Assembly (NCBI GenBank): GCA_013265495.1
Contig: MU058463.1
Coordinates: forward strand, 1,077,523-1,141,522
Reading direction: 5' to 3'
Source of the DNA: Vicugna vicugna
Taxonomy: Eukaryota
Length of the DNA: 64,000 nucleotides
Of the stretch, positions 28,901 through 42,088 are shown piece after piece. The position numbers and the translations under genes were made by a program. How positions within the stretch are numbered: position 1 is the first letter of the stretch; every line of letters starts with the position of its first letter. The notes under the pieces were generated by a model that was not told where the DNA came from, made no database searches, and saw only the letters and a program-made list of their open reading frames with translations.

Positions 28901-30194
28901 AATCTAACTAATGAAGTAAATGACCTGTACATGGGAAAGCTGTAAGAAACTGATGAAAGAAACTGAAGATGAAACAAATGGAAATACATACCATACTCAT
29001 GGACTGAAAGAATTAATATTGTTAAAATGACCATATGACCCAAGGCAATCTATAGATTCAATGCAATCCCTATAACAATACCAGTGGCAATTTTCACAGA
29101 ACTGAACAAATGATCCTAAATTTGTATGGATACACAAAAGACCGTGAATTGCCAAAACAATGTTAAGAATGAAGAAAACGCTGGAGTTACGACACTACCT
29201 GATGTTAAACTGTATTACAAAGCAACAATAATCAAAACAATATGGTACTGGAGCAGAAGCAGACACTTAAATCAGTGGAACAGAATGGGAGAGCCCAGAA
29301 ATAAACCCACACACATATATGGACAATTAATCTACCACAAAGGAGACAAGAATATACAATGGGAAAAAGACAACTTCTTTAATAAACAGTGTTAGGAAAA
29401 CTAAACAGCTCCATGCAAAAGAATCAAACTAGACTACTTTCTCACATCATATACAAAAATAAAAATAGATTAAAGATTTAAATGTATGATCTGAACCTAT
29501 AAAGCTCCTAGAAGAAAATATAGGCAGTATGCTCTTTGACACTGTCTTAGCAATATATATGTATATTTGGATTTGTCTCCTTTTGCAAGGGAAGCAAAAA
29601 AAATAAACAAATGGGACTACTTTCAATTAAGAAAACTTCTGCCCAGTGAAGGGAACTATCAAAAAATGAAAAGACTGCATACTGATAGTCATAAACCATA
29701 TATGTCATACAGATCATACATCTCAACATCAACACAAACAAAAATTAGGTAGAGGACCTGAATGGATATTTCTCCAAACAAGACATACAGATGGTCAACA
29801 GACACCTGAAAAGATACTCAAAATCACTAATCATCAGGGAAATGCAAGTCTAAACTACAGTGAGATATTACCTCACAGATGTTAGAATAGCTGATCTAAA
29901 AAGACAGTGGATAACAAGTGCTGGTGAGGATGTGGAGAAAAGGGAACCCTGGTACACTGTTAGTGGGAATTTAAACTGGTGCAGCTACTATGGAAAACAT
30001 GATCAGTGCCCCCAAAAGTTAAAAATGGAACTTCCACAGGATCCAGCAATTCCACTCCTGGTTATTTAACCTAAGTAAATGAAAACACTTAATTTGAAAA
30101 GCTATACATACCCTCTGTGTTCATTGTAGGATTATTTACAATAGCAGAGATATTGGACATAACCTAAGTGTCCATTAATGGATGAATGGGTAAG

Positions 30195-30233
<39 letters not shown>

Positions 30234-31048
30234 GGAATATTACTCAGCCACAAAAAGAATGAAATCTTGTCACTTGCAACAACATGGATGGACCTGGAGG
30301 GTATTATGTTAAGTGAAATAATTTAGAGAAAGGCAGTTACGGTATGATTTAACTCATATGTGGAATCTGAAAACCAAAACAAGTGAGCAAACATTATAAA
30401 ACAGAAACAGAGTCTCAGATACAGAGAGCAAATGAAGTAGGGGTTGAGAAGATGAGAAAAATAAGTGAGGAAGATTGAGAGGTACAAACTTCGTTATAAA
30501 ATTAATCAGTCAAGGGTATGAAAAGTATAGTGTCATCAATAATAAAGTAATACATTTGTATAGTGAAAGCTGGACTAGACTTATCATGGTGATTATTTTG
30601 TAATATATAGAAATACTGAATCACTATGTTTTACACCAAGAACTATCATAGTGTTGTAGGTCTGTTATACTTCAAAAATAAATGAACAAGCAAACTCATA
30701 GAAAGAGATCAGATTTTTGGTTATCAGAGGTGGTGGCTGGGGGAGGGAGAATTGGATAAAGGTAGTGAAAAGGTATAAACTTCCAGTTACAATACAGACT
30801 AGGAATGTAATGTACAACATAATAAACACTGCTGTGTGTTATGTATGAAAGCTGTAAGAGTAAATCCTGGAAGTTCTCATCACAAGAACTATATTTTTTA
30901 AAATTTTGTATCTATATGAGATGAATGTTCACTAAACTTATTGTAACAATCATTTCATGATATATGTAAGTCAAATCATTATGTTATACATCTTAACTTA
31001 TATGGTGCTGTATGTCAACTATAACTTAACAAAGCTGGAGGGAAAAAA
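26000..31048 (+). mobile_element. Nested, internally deleted near-full-length L1 (5'UTR remnant, ORF1 ends, ORF2, double 3'UTR)
   Basis: ORF1 N-terminus MFQIKEQDKTLGKELNKTEISNL joined to C-terminus SFPEKQKLKQFSTTKLAL. Endonuclease motifs tgctgcctacaggagact (CCLQET) and gggtactttaacacccc. RT motif tttgcagatgac near 28697. 3'UTR extends to 31048. Confidence 0.92.
30197..30231 (+). repeat. (AC)17 microsatellite inside L1
   Basis: Perfect AC run between taaggt and atggaatattactcagcc. Confidence 0.95.
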
Positions 31049-31049
31049 T

Positions 31050-31780
31050 ACAACAAGTAAGTGTTGGTGAGGTTGTAGAGAAAAGGGAATCCTTGTATAC
31101 TTTTGGTGAGACTGTTAACTTGTGCAACCACTATGAAAAACAGTATGGAAGTTTCTCAAAAAATTAAAAACAGCCATATGAGCCATCAGATTCACTTCTG
31201 GCTATTTACCCAAAGAAATTAAAAACTCTAATTCAAAAAGATATGTGCACTCCAATGTTTACTAAAGCAGTATTTACAATAGCCAGGATATGGAAGCAAC
31301 CCAAGTGTCTGTCTATAGACAAATGGTTAAAGAAGAAGCGGTCTATATTAATCAGCCATAAAAAAATGAAATTTTGCCATTTGCAACAATATGGTTGAGT
31401 TTTATGCTAAGTGAAATAAGTCAGACAGAGAAAGACAAATACCATACGATCTCACTTATAGGTGGAATCTAAAAATCAAAGCAAAACAAATCAAAAGCAG
31501 ACTCATGAATACAGAGAACAAACGGGTGGTTACCAGAAGGTAGGGGGTGGGGATGTGGGTAAAATAGGTGAAGGAGATCAAGAGATCCAAACTTTCAGTT
31601 ATATAATAAATAAGTCAGCATAACAATATATGGTCAATAATACTGTAATAGCTTTGTATGGGGACAGATGGTTACTAGACTTACTGTGGTAGCGATCACT
31701 TCATAATGTATGCAAATGTCAAATCATATGCAGTATACCTGAAACTAACAATATTTTATGCCAACTACATTTCAGTACAA
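31050..31780 (+). mobile_element. Host L1 right part (ORF2 C-terminus and 3'UTR)
   Basis: aagtgttggtgaggttgtagagaaaagggaatcc resumes where 25995 stopped. The 3'UTR ends gccaactacatttcagtacaa. Confidence 0.88.
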
Positions 31781-31782
31781 TT

Positions 31783-31913
31783 GGGGAACCTCCTTAAGAA
31801 TAAAGTAACATCTAATTATAAAATTAAGTAGCTAAATGATTTGATCTATAATGGGCCTTAGTGAGAGGCCCTATAGCTTATGATGCATTAACTTCATGTT
31901 AAATCCACTTTTG
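31783..31913 (-). mobile_element. MER63-like hAT DNA transposon end
   Basis: gaggccctatagcttatgatgcattaacttcatgttaaatccacttttg resembles a MER63 terminus. Confidence 0.5.
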
Positions 31914-33699
31914 AACATAAGTGTTGCTATTTGAATCAACAATTAAAAACTATAAACTCACCATTGGCAATATGGTATTTGCTTTTATTTAGGTATCTTA
32001 AGACAGAATTGCTAACATGGTCAGACAGACCATACGAGCCACAGGTGATTGTGCCTGAACATGTAAAATAGGCACAAATATAATTTTCTGAAAAACACTG
32101 GGAAAAATAAAGCCTAAAAAATTTTAAAACATATTTATTTTGAATTTTAACATGTGTCCAATCTAAGTAAACCTTACTTACAGATTTCCTGAATTCCTAA
32201 AATATATAAATTTAAATTAAACTTAGCAATTTTATATACCCAGAATTCATAATAGACAACACTTTATTTACTAGCTTTTAAAAGCAAGATTATAAGAAAA
32301 AAAACTTTATTTATGGAAAGAATGAAAGAAAGACAGGAGGGAGGAAGCTGGCATTTTTGTAAATTCACATCCAAAATTCTCATATAGTTTAACTGAATGG
32401 ATTCTTTAAGCTCTCAGGGACTCAAGTGTCATTATATTTGAAATGGACATGCTGAAGAGTGTATATGTATTGTATGAAATTGAGTGTGTGAAATAACTTT
32501 GGACACTGGAAAAATTGCTATGTACAAAAGGAAGGTGTTAATTTTTACCTCTGGAGGTTATGTAAATTGAAAGCTCAGAATAGAATACAGAACTCAAACT
32601 GACTTGCAGTCATCTGAGCTAATATGTGGACAACTGAGATCAATACTGTGGCTTCATTTGCTTGGCAGAATACTTTTAAAGGTGACTTGTAAAGGGAATT
32701 GTCAAAATTCCCTCAACTGCAGCGGTAAATGATGAATGCTGGTAATAGCTATCTAAAGGGAGCACATTCAGTACCCTATTTAGTATAAAACTCACTTTTT
32801 TTCTTTCTGCTTCAGACTAATAAGGTTTTAAATATCCTTTTTAGCTCTGCTAATAGGATCATTCAGGACACATTTTGCCACAGTTGAGGGATCATTGACA
32901 GTTCCCACAGTCACTTACCTTTAAAGGTTACCAGGCAGTTGCATTATAAACTTAAGATTCTAAAGATTTCTGCAATCCCTATAATTTATCTCATCAAAAG
33001 AATCATTTATTTAAAGAAATGAAATCACACAAATGCTTAGTCCTGCACTGTGGTTAGTGCTTTTGATATTTTAAGAGATTTTTTTGAACAGATGGGATAT
33101 TTTGCTTAGGGAAAACTTGCATTTGTTAGCTTTTTTTAAAAAAACATTTCAAGATTGTCAAAACATTACAAAATCATTAGGAGACTCCCATGTTAGAGTC
33201 TTGTCAGACATTTCATTATAGACTTACATTAGGATTCCAGCTATTTTAAATCACCAGCGGCTTGAGCCAAGCACAATCTGTTAGCGAAGTTGAAATTTGT
33301 TTAGGGAGTGTTGTAAATGAATTGCTACAGTTGTAGCTCAAAAGTGTCAAAATGAGTTTGCTGATAGAGCTCTGTGAAATTAGAATGGAACCATAAATAA
33401 AGGAGAGCTACTAAGTCTCTAAGAATCAGTGACATACTGGGAATAATGTAGTTTGTGGTCAATTCTTTCTTATAATAAGGTACCCCAACAAAGTAAAATA
33501 AGAGGAAGTTAAGTATAATTCAAATTTTTCATCAAATCTACAAGTGTATTTCAGCTTTCAATTATTTGTGTGTATATTATCTAAAGAAAATGCATAAATC
33601 TTATCTTGCTTTCCATTTGAATACATTACATTTTTACTTTATGTCAGTAAACTGAGCCAACAGAATGAGTGCAAAAGCTGTGAAATAAATATAAATTCA

Positions 33700-34103
33700 A
33701 TATTTTATAAATCAGCTTAGGCTAAGTTATACAACTCTAAAAATAAGAACCCCACATTTTCATGGTTTTGTAAAAACAAAAGTTAATTTGTGTTGTTAAA
33801 TGTGTTTTTATTATTTGGCAATAAATAAGCTCCATGTCCTATTACTCCAGAACCTAAAGTAAAGAAGCAACTGCTATTTAGGACCCACCTAGGGCCCTTG
33901 ACATTTTGAAATCAAAGGGGGAAACAACAATGACAAACTATATGATACCGCTTAAAGTTTATATCCCATTTGGCAAAGCAAATCACATGACAAGCCTGAA
34001 GTCAATGTGTGGGAAGGATGGTTTTTTTCTTTGAACAGGTTACATAGACAGTTTTGGTAGAGAGGATCAATAAGTATTTGGAACAAATAATGCCAACTAC
34101 AAC
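33700..34103 (-). mobile_element. Old MaLR LTR (MLT1K/L-like)
   Basis: atcagcttaggctaagttatac...ttggcaaagcaaatcacatgacaagcctgaagtcaatg...gaacaaataatgccaactacaaca. Confidence 0.7.
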
Positions 34104-34813
34104 AAAATATAGGGCAATATAAATTTACTGTGGAAATTGTAATCTTTTATCTCATAAAGAAATTACAGTTTAGCTCATAGATTATGATTATGGGAATTTC
34201 TTTTTCTCCTACTGGATTAGTTTTTCTATTTATGTTATTGATTTGAGTTATTTCAAAATGAGATCCTAGAATTAATAAAACATTCATATACCCTCTGATC
34301 TCTTTAATTTCTTTATAATTACGTAAAAACTCTTCAAATCAAATAATTATTCTGGAATAAAACATTACAACATTTTTTATAAAAGGCATTTTGGTAGTAA
34401 GACAATCATCAGGAAAGCACTTTAATTTCAAGCTGGATCTGTGTTCTAATTCTAATCACAAATTCTTATAAAGGGACATATATTAAGATATAAGATTTGC
34501 ACTATAAATACAGCAATGTCAATTGGTAATTTATAAAGTCATTTCTATGTCATAAAAATGCTAGTTATGAATTCAAATTAATTGTGTAAGTATTTAGAGT
34601 TTATGGAGGCCGTATTAATAAAACAAAATAAAAGCATGGTCAGGAGAAACGAGAGAGATTTCTGATCTAACAGAGCTATATTTGAATTACTTTTATTTTC
34701 TGAGATGTTTAAGAACTATCTTAACTCCTCTTTCAATTGTGTTATTTGTGAAAAGGAAATGATAAGTCTTTTTAAAGATTGCATTGCAAGATACATGCTC
34801 AATAAAAAATGTA

Positions 34814-35811
34814 CTTTCTCCCATTCCATAGGTTGTCATTTTGTTTTGCTTGTAGTTTCTTTTGCTGTGCAAAAAAAGCTTATAAGCTTAGTCAGGTCCA
34901 ATTTGTTTATTTTTGCTTTTATTTCTATTTCCTGGGTAGACTGCCTTAGGAGAACATTGCTAAAATTTATGTCAGAGAATGTTTTGCTTATGTTTTCTTC
35001 TAGGAGGTTTATCATGTCTTGTCTTATGTTTAAGTCTTTAAGCCATTTTGAGTTTATTTTTGTGTATGGGATGAGGGACTGTTCTAAGGTCATTGTTTTA
35101 CATGCTGCTGTCCAGTTTTCCCAACACCACTTGCTGAAGAGACTGTCTTTTCTCCACTGTATATTCTTGCCTCCTTTGAAGATTAATTGACCATAGGTCT
35201 GTGGGTTTATTTATGGGCTCTCTATTCTGTTCCAATGAGCCATATGTCTGTATTTATGCCAGTACCACACTGTTTAGATTACTGTAGCTCTGTAGTATTG
35301 TCTGAAGTCTTGGAGGGCTATTACTCCAGCTTCATTCTTTTTCTTCAGTATTGCTTCAGCAATTCTGGGTCTTTTGTGATTCCATATAAATTTTAGGATT
35401 ATTTGATCTAGTTCTGCGAAAAATGTCATGGGTAATTTGATAGGGATTGCATCAAATCTGTAGATTGCCTTGGGCAGTATGGCCCTTTTAACAATATTGA
35501 TTCTTCCAATCCAAAAGCATGGGATATGTTTCCATTTCTTTAAGTCATCTTTAATTTCCTTCATCAGTGTTTTGTAGTTCTCCATGTGTAAGTCTTTCAC
35601 CTCCTTGGTCAGGCTAATTCCTAAGTACTTTATTGTTTTGGATGTGATTTTAAGAAGGATTGTTTCTTTACTTTCTTTTCCTGCTATTTCATTGTTAATG
35701 TAAAGAAATGCAACTGATTTCTATATGTCAACCTTGTATCCTGCTACCTTGCTGAATTATTTTATAGGCTCTAGAAGTTTTTGTGTAGAGCTTTTAGGGT
35801 TTTCTATCTAT
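34814..35811 (-). mobile_element. Inverted 5' segment of a twin-primed lineage-specific L1 (ORF2)
   Basis: Minus ORFs [38 protein letters not shown]... and LEQSLIPYTKINSKWLKDLNIR... Confidence 0.95.
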
Positions 35812-36777
35812 ACACCTAAACAAGCAATTCTCCAGTGAAGACATACAAATGGCCAATAGGCACATGAAAAAATTATCAGTATTGCTAATTATAAGAGAAA
35901 TGCAAATCAAAACTGCAGTGAGGTATCACCTCACACCAGTCAGAACGGCCATCATTCAGAAGTCCACAAATGATAAATGCTGGAGAAGGTGTGGAGAAAA
36001 GGGAACCCTCTGACACTGCTGGTGGGAATGTAGTTTGGTGCGGCCATTATAGAAAACAGAATGGAGATTTCTCAAAAGACTAAAAATAGACTTACCATAT
36101 GATCCAGCTTCCAGTTATCCCACTCCTGGGCATATATCTGGAGGGAATACTACTTTGAAAAGATACATGTACCCCAATGTTCATAGCAGCACTATTTACA
36201 ATATCCAAGACATGGAAACAACATAAATGCCCATCAACAGATGACTAGATAAAGAAATTGTGGTGTATTTATACAATGGAATACTACTCAGCCATAAAAA
36301 TGAATAAAATAATGCCATTTGCAGCAACATGGATGGACCTGGAGATCATCATTTTAAGTGAAGTAAGCCAGAAAGAGGGAAAAAAATACCATATGATATC
36401 ATTCATATACAGAATCTAAGAAAAAAAAAAGAAAAGAAAAAAGACACTAATGAACTCATCCACAAAACAGAAACAGACTCACAGACATAGTACACAATCT
36501 TATGGTTACTGGGGAAAGAGGGTGGGAAGGGATAAATTTTGAAATTTAAGACTTGCAAACGTTAATCACTATATATAAAAACTGTAAAAATCAGATTTCT
36601 TCTGTATAGCACAGGGAACTATATTCAGTATTTTGTAATAACCTTTAATGAAAATGAAAATGAATATATGTATATATATGCATGACTGGGACATTATGCT
36701 GTGCACCAGAAATTGATACACTGTAACTGACTGTACTTCAATTAAAAAAAAAGAATTAGTCAATAAAAATAATTTTT
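35812..36777 (+). mobile_element. 3' segment of the same twin-primed L1 with 3'UTR and A-rich tail
   Basis: acctaaacaagcaattctccagtgaagacatacaaatggcc...ctgtacttcaattaaaaaaa. Candidate TSD AAAAATGTA at 34805-34813 and 36778-36786. Confidence 0.95.
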
Positions 36778-39700
36778 AAAAATGTAACTCACTCCTGCCA
36801 TCTTCATTTGTGCCCCATCAATAAAAGGCAGTTTTTAGTAAGGTTTATCTTATGAAGAGTATATTCCTCTGGAATCCATATGAAGTATGTAGCAAAGCAT
36901 ATCCCAAGTATAGTAATTTGAGTTCATAAATGAATTCATACATGACATATTTGAAGGAAAATACAAAGTAAAAATCATATTTTGTACTTTCTCCCAGGAG
37001 GTAATACTGTTCAATATGAGTGTGAAATGAGGAGCAGTAATAATATCTGAGCAGTTGTGACGCCTGGACAAATGTGCAGCTCTAGTTTTCCTCAAGTCAA
37101 GAAGTTACATTTATCATTTCTATGTACTATGTATTTTTCAAATAACACACAGAAAAAATAACATTCAAAATTGCAGTTCAAAGCCAAATGTCACTGCATT
37201 ATCCTCAAATCTACCTACTTACATTAGCACCTGAACTGTACAATACATTATAGTAATAACTGGGATTCTAATATTTGGTTTACCCTGGATTATATGTTTA
37301 GAAAGATGATATATTGCAGCTCTCTATAGACCCTACATCATTCTTATAGTCTACTCTTAATCCCTTAAGGATGTTTTTAATTCGAATTTTTAATAAATTA
37401 TTAGTACTTTCACAATAGTATGGCATTTCTAGAAGGGAGCACACTGAAAAACAATACAAATGACAGAACATTATCAATTGTCAATAGTGGTAAGTCTTTT
37501 ACAGAAGAAACATAAAATTATAATATCATTTGGTTCATGTCTTTAACTTTTGCAAGTGTAATAATCCAGCTATTCTATTTTTTGGCCCTCAGAACAAATG
37601 CATTGCCAAAGGTCTTCAAAATCTTTCAGCCCACATAGAGAATTGAAAAAAGAAAACAGTAATTCAAATGAAGCAATAGAAATCCATTAATGTTTCTTTC
37701 TAAGAGCACATTTAAAGAGGCCACTTATCATATTGTTAGTTCCCATCAGTGACTAATTTCACATTATTAATCATTTTGCAGTAAGAGAAGTGAGTATAAA
37801 AACCTAACAATGGTTGTACAATTGGGAATAGAATTCAAATCTCCTCAAGTCTCAATGCAGCCCAGTCGAAGCTCAGCAAATGATTTTTATTTCAAGTGTA
37901 GGTATGTATCTAACATATATTTTAGTGTATTTTTCCCCTTACATGCTTTTACTATTAATTAGGTTGTCAAAGTCCAATATGTATTTTCTTTAAACAATGA
38001 GAATTAAATATTGAGTATTTTTAAATTGAAAAGCTTACTTAAAAATAAAACAACAATACCTTTGCCTTTTCTTATGTGCTTCAATAATGTTCACTGAGTG
38101 TATCTGTTTTAAATATTTCTGTGGTAATTATTCTGTTTAGTGAACAGTAACATGTTAAATCTTATGTAAAGAGACAGAAAGATATTAAGCTCTTTCATTG
38201 CTCTTACCCAATACAGGCAATATTCCTTTCGAAAATGACCATATATAGATTATAATATATATAAGGCAATATTTGTTCTTTTGATTTTCTTCAAATTGGC
38301 AAGACAAAATTTAGTAATAAAATTTGGTATTCAATTCTGCAACAAAAATTTAGGGTTAAGCCACAAAAAATTGAGAATGTATTTTGTCTAAGAAATAAAT
38401 ATGACTGGATCTTATGCTTCATCTTCTAATTGAAAAATATTGAGAAATTTCTAGATATTTTGTAGAATTTTTCATAAAAGTGAAGCACAAATATATGAGA
38501 TAAAATAGAAAAAAATGACAAAATATATGACAAATAGTACTTCAAATGTGTTTCGACACTTGATTTTTATGATAATAATGTGTCTTTATAGCTTTTACTT
38601 AACGTTATAATTGAAATTTATACTGACATTCACCCATCTGCTGCTTCTAAAGGACAAAGTCATCTGTCATTAATTTAGAATTTTAAATTAATGGGTATTA
38701 TTTAATTCTAAATATCCAAAGGGTATTATTTAATTAGAGTTTACAATTAATATCAAGCAGGAAAAAAATTCCTAGTGTTTTCCTAATTTGCTTATGAGAA
38801 TGGCACATACAGTTATGCATCTACATTCATTCTTAATTAGTATTCTTTCTTAATATTAAAAATTATGGAATAAAAATATCATTTAGTTCTCAAATATAAA
38901 ATCAAAAGACCATCAGAAGACATATATTCTGATTATTTTAAAATAATAAGTGTAACTATTTTCTATTATTAAATTTTTTGTTTGTACTTTTGAATGTTTT
39001 TGAAAATTCAAAGTTATCAGTATCATATGCAGATTCTTCATTTAAGAGTAATTTAATGCACTTCATTTTTACTTTGACTCGTGTTTTAACATTTACATGT
39101 CAAAGTAAAACTGGATTCTATTTAAGGGTTAACTTGAAAAAGTATTTTCAATATGTAATTTAAATTTTCCCAAGTCATGCCAGCCTGTGAGTATTTTAAA
39201 GTCGGAGTAACATTGTCTTTCATCTCATTTGCTGTTACAGGAAATCAGGCCCACACTGAGTCATCTATTTCTATTAATCTCCAGCCAGTGTTACATGTGT
39301 GCTAAAAATAAATACATATATAAATGCTGTCAATAATAATGACCTTGCTGTGGCCATATCTCCCTCCATTTTCTGACCCTGTTACTGATGAACTCTGATA
39401 AAGACACTACGTAAACGCACTCTACTTCCACAGCTATTTCTGATGCTCATGATGAAAACAGAATCAATGCCAGAGGTGCAGTCCTTTCACGCTTCCAAAT
39501 CTATCTCGGGTTCTAGAATGACTCTACACGACTAAAAGAACCAAGAGAGATCAAGCCATCATTTTTTCTTTCTTACACACTGGCACCTTTGAACCTAAGC
39601 ATTTCCAATTGCATTCTCATTGTTTCTTTTTAGAAAAATAAGCTCATCAGCTTCTAACTAGGTCTCAGCCAGTCATCCACCTGATAAGACAAGATTGGTC

Positions 39701-39906
39701 ACCAGGCCTCCTTCACAGTCCCTTCTTCTTTTCTCTACTTTCCACAACACAGAAAACTCTTTTCCTGTTACTTACCTAGTAATCAAACAAAACCAACCAT
39801 ATGTTGTTTGCTAAACTCAGCTAACCCAAGCAGCATAGTCATATAAAATTAAAAGCAAGTTGCAAAATAGATTTTTTAATTCAAAAATAACTCAAAGTTT
39901 ATCTGT

Positions 39907-41652
39907 GACTTCTGGTTTCATCTCCAACATGAAAAGAACTTGGATGTTGTCACTCCTGTACTTATAACAAGAAGAAAAGTTGAATACATTGAAATTCAAT
40001 TACTTTCTTGGACTCCTCAGAGATTTGTGATTCCCATGGAAAATCACTACCACTCCAAATTCTGGAAAGACAGGGAAATACTGAGAATCACATCAGATAT
40101 ATGCTTTCCCAGAACAAAAGCTACTGGAGCCATTAACTGGTAGGCCATCTTAAATAGTAACTTTGATGAACTGCTGGAAGCACAGTATGAATTAGCGTGA
40201 GATGGGCAAACTCCGGGGGGCTGAAGTGATTAGGTGGGCCTTCATAATTTTGTGATTTTTATACCCAGGAACCCTCTAGATTATAATAGTGAGGAGACAA
40301 GAAAAATCCCCTCATATTTCTGGAAGGCAGGGGAAAAGTAACCATTTTGAAATATACCTAGATAACTGCAAAACAAAGACCTACTCTACAGGGAAAAGGA
40401 CTTTATCAGAGCTTTATCTCATCTTGGGGAAGGACAAATTTACAATCCAGTCCCAGTAACCAACTGTTTCAAATAAGGTGAGGGGAGGTGGGAAGCTAGG
40501 AAACACTTATGAAAGGCAAGCCAGAAATAGAGATCCACTAAAGCACTGTGATTTAATAGTAAGATTACAGATTGCTACTTGCCACCTACAATTTACCATC
40601 ACAAAAGGGCCCACAGGGAAGACAAAAAGAAGGATACCAGAGAAATGCGAAGCTTCTGACATCTATTGTTATAGCAAATACTAAGCGTACCCCAACTCCT
40701 TGCTGAAATAACATAAATCTCACACTAAAATCTAATTTATTATTAATTATTACCCAATTAATTATCTCCAGTTTGCAACAATAATGATAAGGTATATTAA
40801 AAGGCAGGAAAAAATACAGTTTGAAGAGACAAACTAGCATCAAACCAGATCAGATATGACACAGATTTTGAAATTATCAGATAGAGAAATAAAAATTACT
40901 GTGATTGAGTATGATAGTTTTAATGGGAAAAGTAGACAACAGGCAGGACAGATGGGTAATACATGCAGAGAGATTAAAACTCTAAAGAAAAACAAAAAGA
41001 AATACTAGAAATAAACATTCACAGAAATAAAGAATGTCTTTTATGGAATCTTTAGTAGACTTGAAATGGCCCTGGAAAAAATCGATGAGCTTGAAAATAT
41101 GTCAGCAGAAACTTCCCAAATGAAATGCAAAGAGAAAAGAGAATGAGAAAAGCAGAAAAATGTATTCAAGAACTGTGGAACAGTTTCTAAAGGTGTAGCA
41201 TTCATCATTGGAGTATCAGTAGGAAAGAGAGATAAATGTACGGAAGAAATATTTAAAATGGCATCAGAGAATATTATAAAATTAATAGCAGACCCCAAAC
41301 CACAGATCCAATAAGCTCAGAGAAAACTAAACTGGATAAATGTCCATAGGGATATATTGTATTAAAAATGCAGAAAAAGACAAAATCTTGAAAGAAACCA
41401 GATTATAAAAGTATCATTCCTATAGATGAAAATGCGTAAGGATTACCATAGACTTTTCATCGAAAACCATACAAGCATGGAGAGAATAGAGTGAAATATT
41501 TAAATACGGAATGAAAAAAAATTTGTCAATCATGAATTCTTTATCAGCCAAAATTATCGTTTAAAGTAAAGAAGTAAAGTTTTTTTTTTCAGATAACTAA
41601 AATATAAAGGAATTCATCACCACCAGACCTATCCTATAATAAATGTTGAAAG
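39907..41652 (+). mobile_element. Old L1M4-like 5'UTR and decayed ORF1
   Basis: gacttctggtttc... start. ORF1-like cagatatgacacagattttgaaattatcagataga, caagaactgtggaac, ccacagatccaataagctcagaga, ggaattcatcaccaccagacct. Confidence 0.8.
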
Positions 41653-41666
41653 TATGAAATAATAAC

Positions 41667-41810
41667 CAGGGCCTGGTCTAGGGTGAGTCAAGTGAGGCAC
41701 TTGTGTTGAAAATTTAAGGAGACACTCAGTCTCGGGATCATGAGAGTTTGAGTACTTTTAAAATTAATGTGCTTAGGCTCCACATTCAACTCACTCCAGT
41801 CCCAACCCTG
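41667..41810. mobile_element. MER96-like palindromic hAT MITE
   Basis: Imperfect terminal inverted repeats cagggcctggtctagggtgag... and ...ctcactccagtcccaaccctg, with internal aaaatttaagga. Confidence 0.8.
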
Positions 41811-42088
41811 ATATTGATTTATTTTCAAATGTTACATAAATCTTTCATTGCTGGAGTAAATCGAAATCAGCCATGGATATACTCTTTTAAAAAATATTTC
41901 ATTGTATTTATTTTGCTAACATTTTGTAAAAATTATGGAGTCCATATTCCCAAGGGATGTGGGCCTGTAGTTTTACTTAGTTATGATGTCTTATTCTGGT
42001 TTAGGTATCAGGATAATACTGGCTTCCCAGAGTGAGCTGAGAAGTGTTCATCTGTATTCTGTGGGGTTTGTAGACAATTGTTTTTGTT

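Noticed and set aside
32693..32713. 8-bp inverted repeat agggaatt-N5-aattccct (similar ones near 49828 and 54318)
   Set aside because: Stems of 7-8 bp are expected several times by chance in 64 kb of AT-rich DNA.
39577..39680. Possible minus-strand exon (cag|gtggatg...agtgt|gtaaga)
   Set aside because: Weak splice signals, no recognisable protein and no partner exons. Expected by chance.
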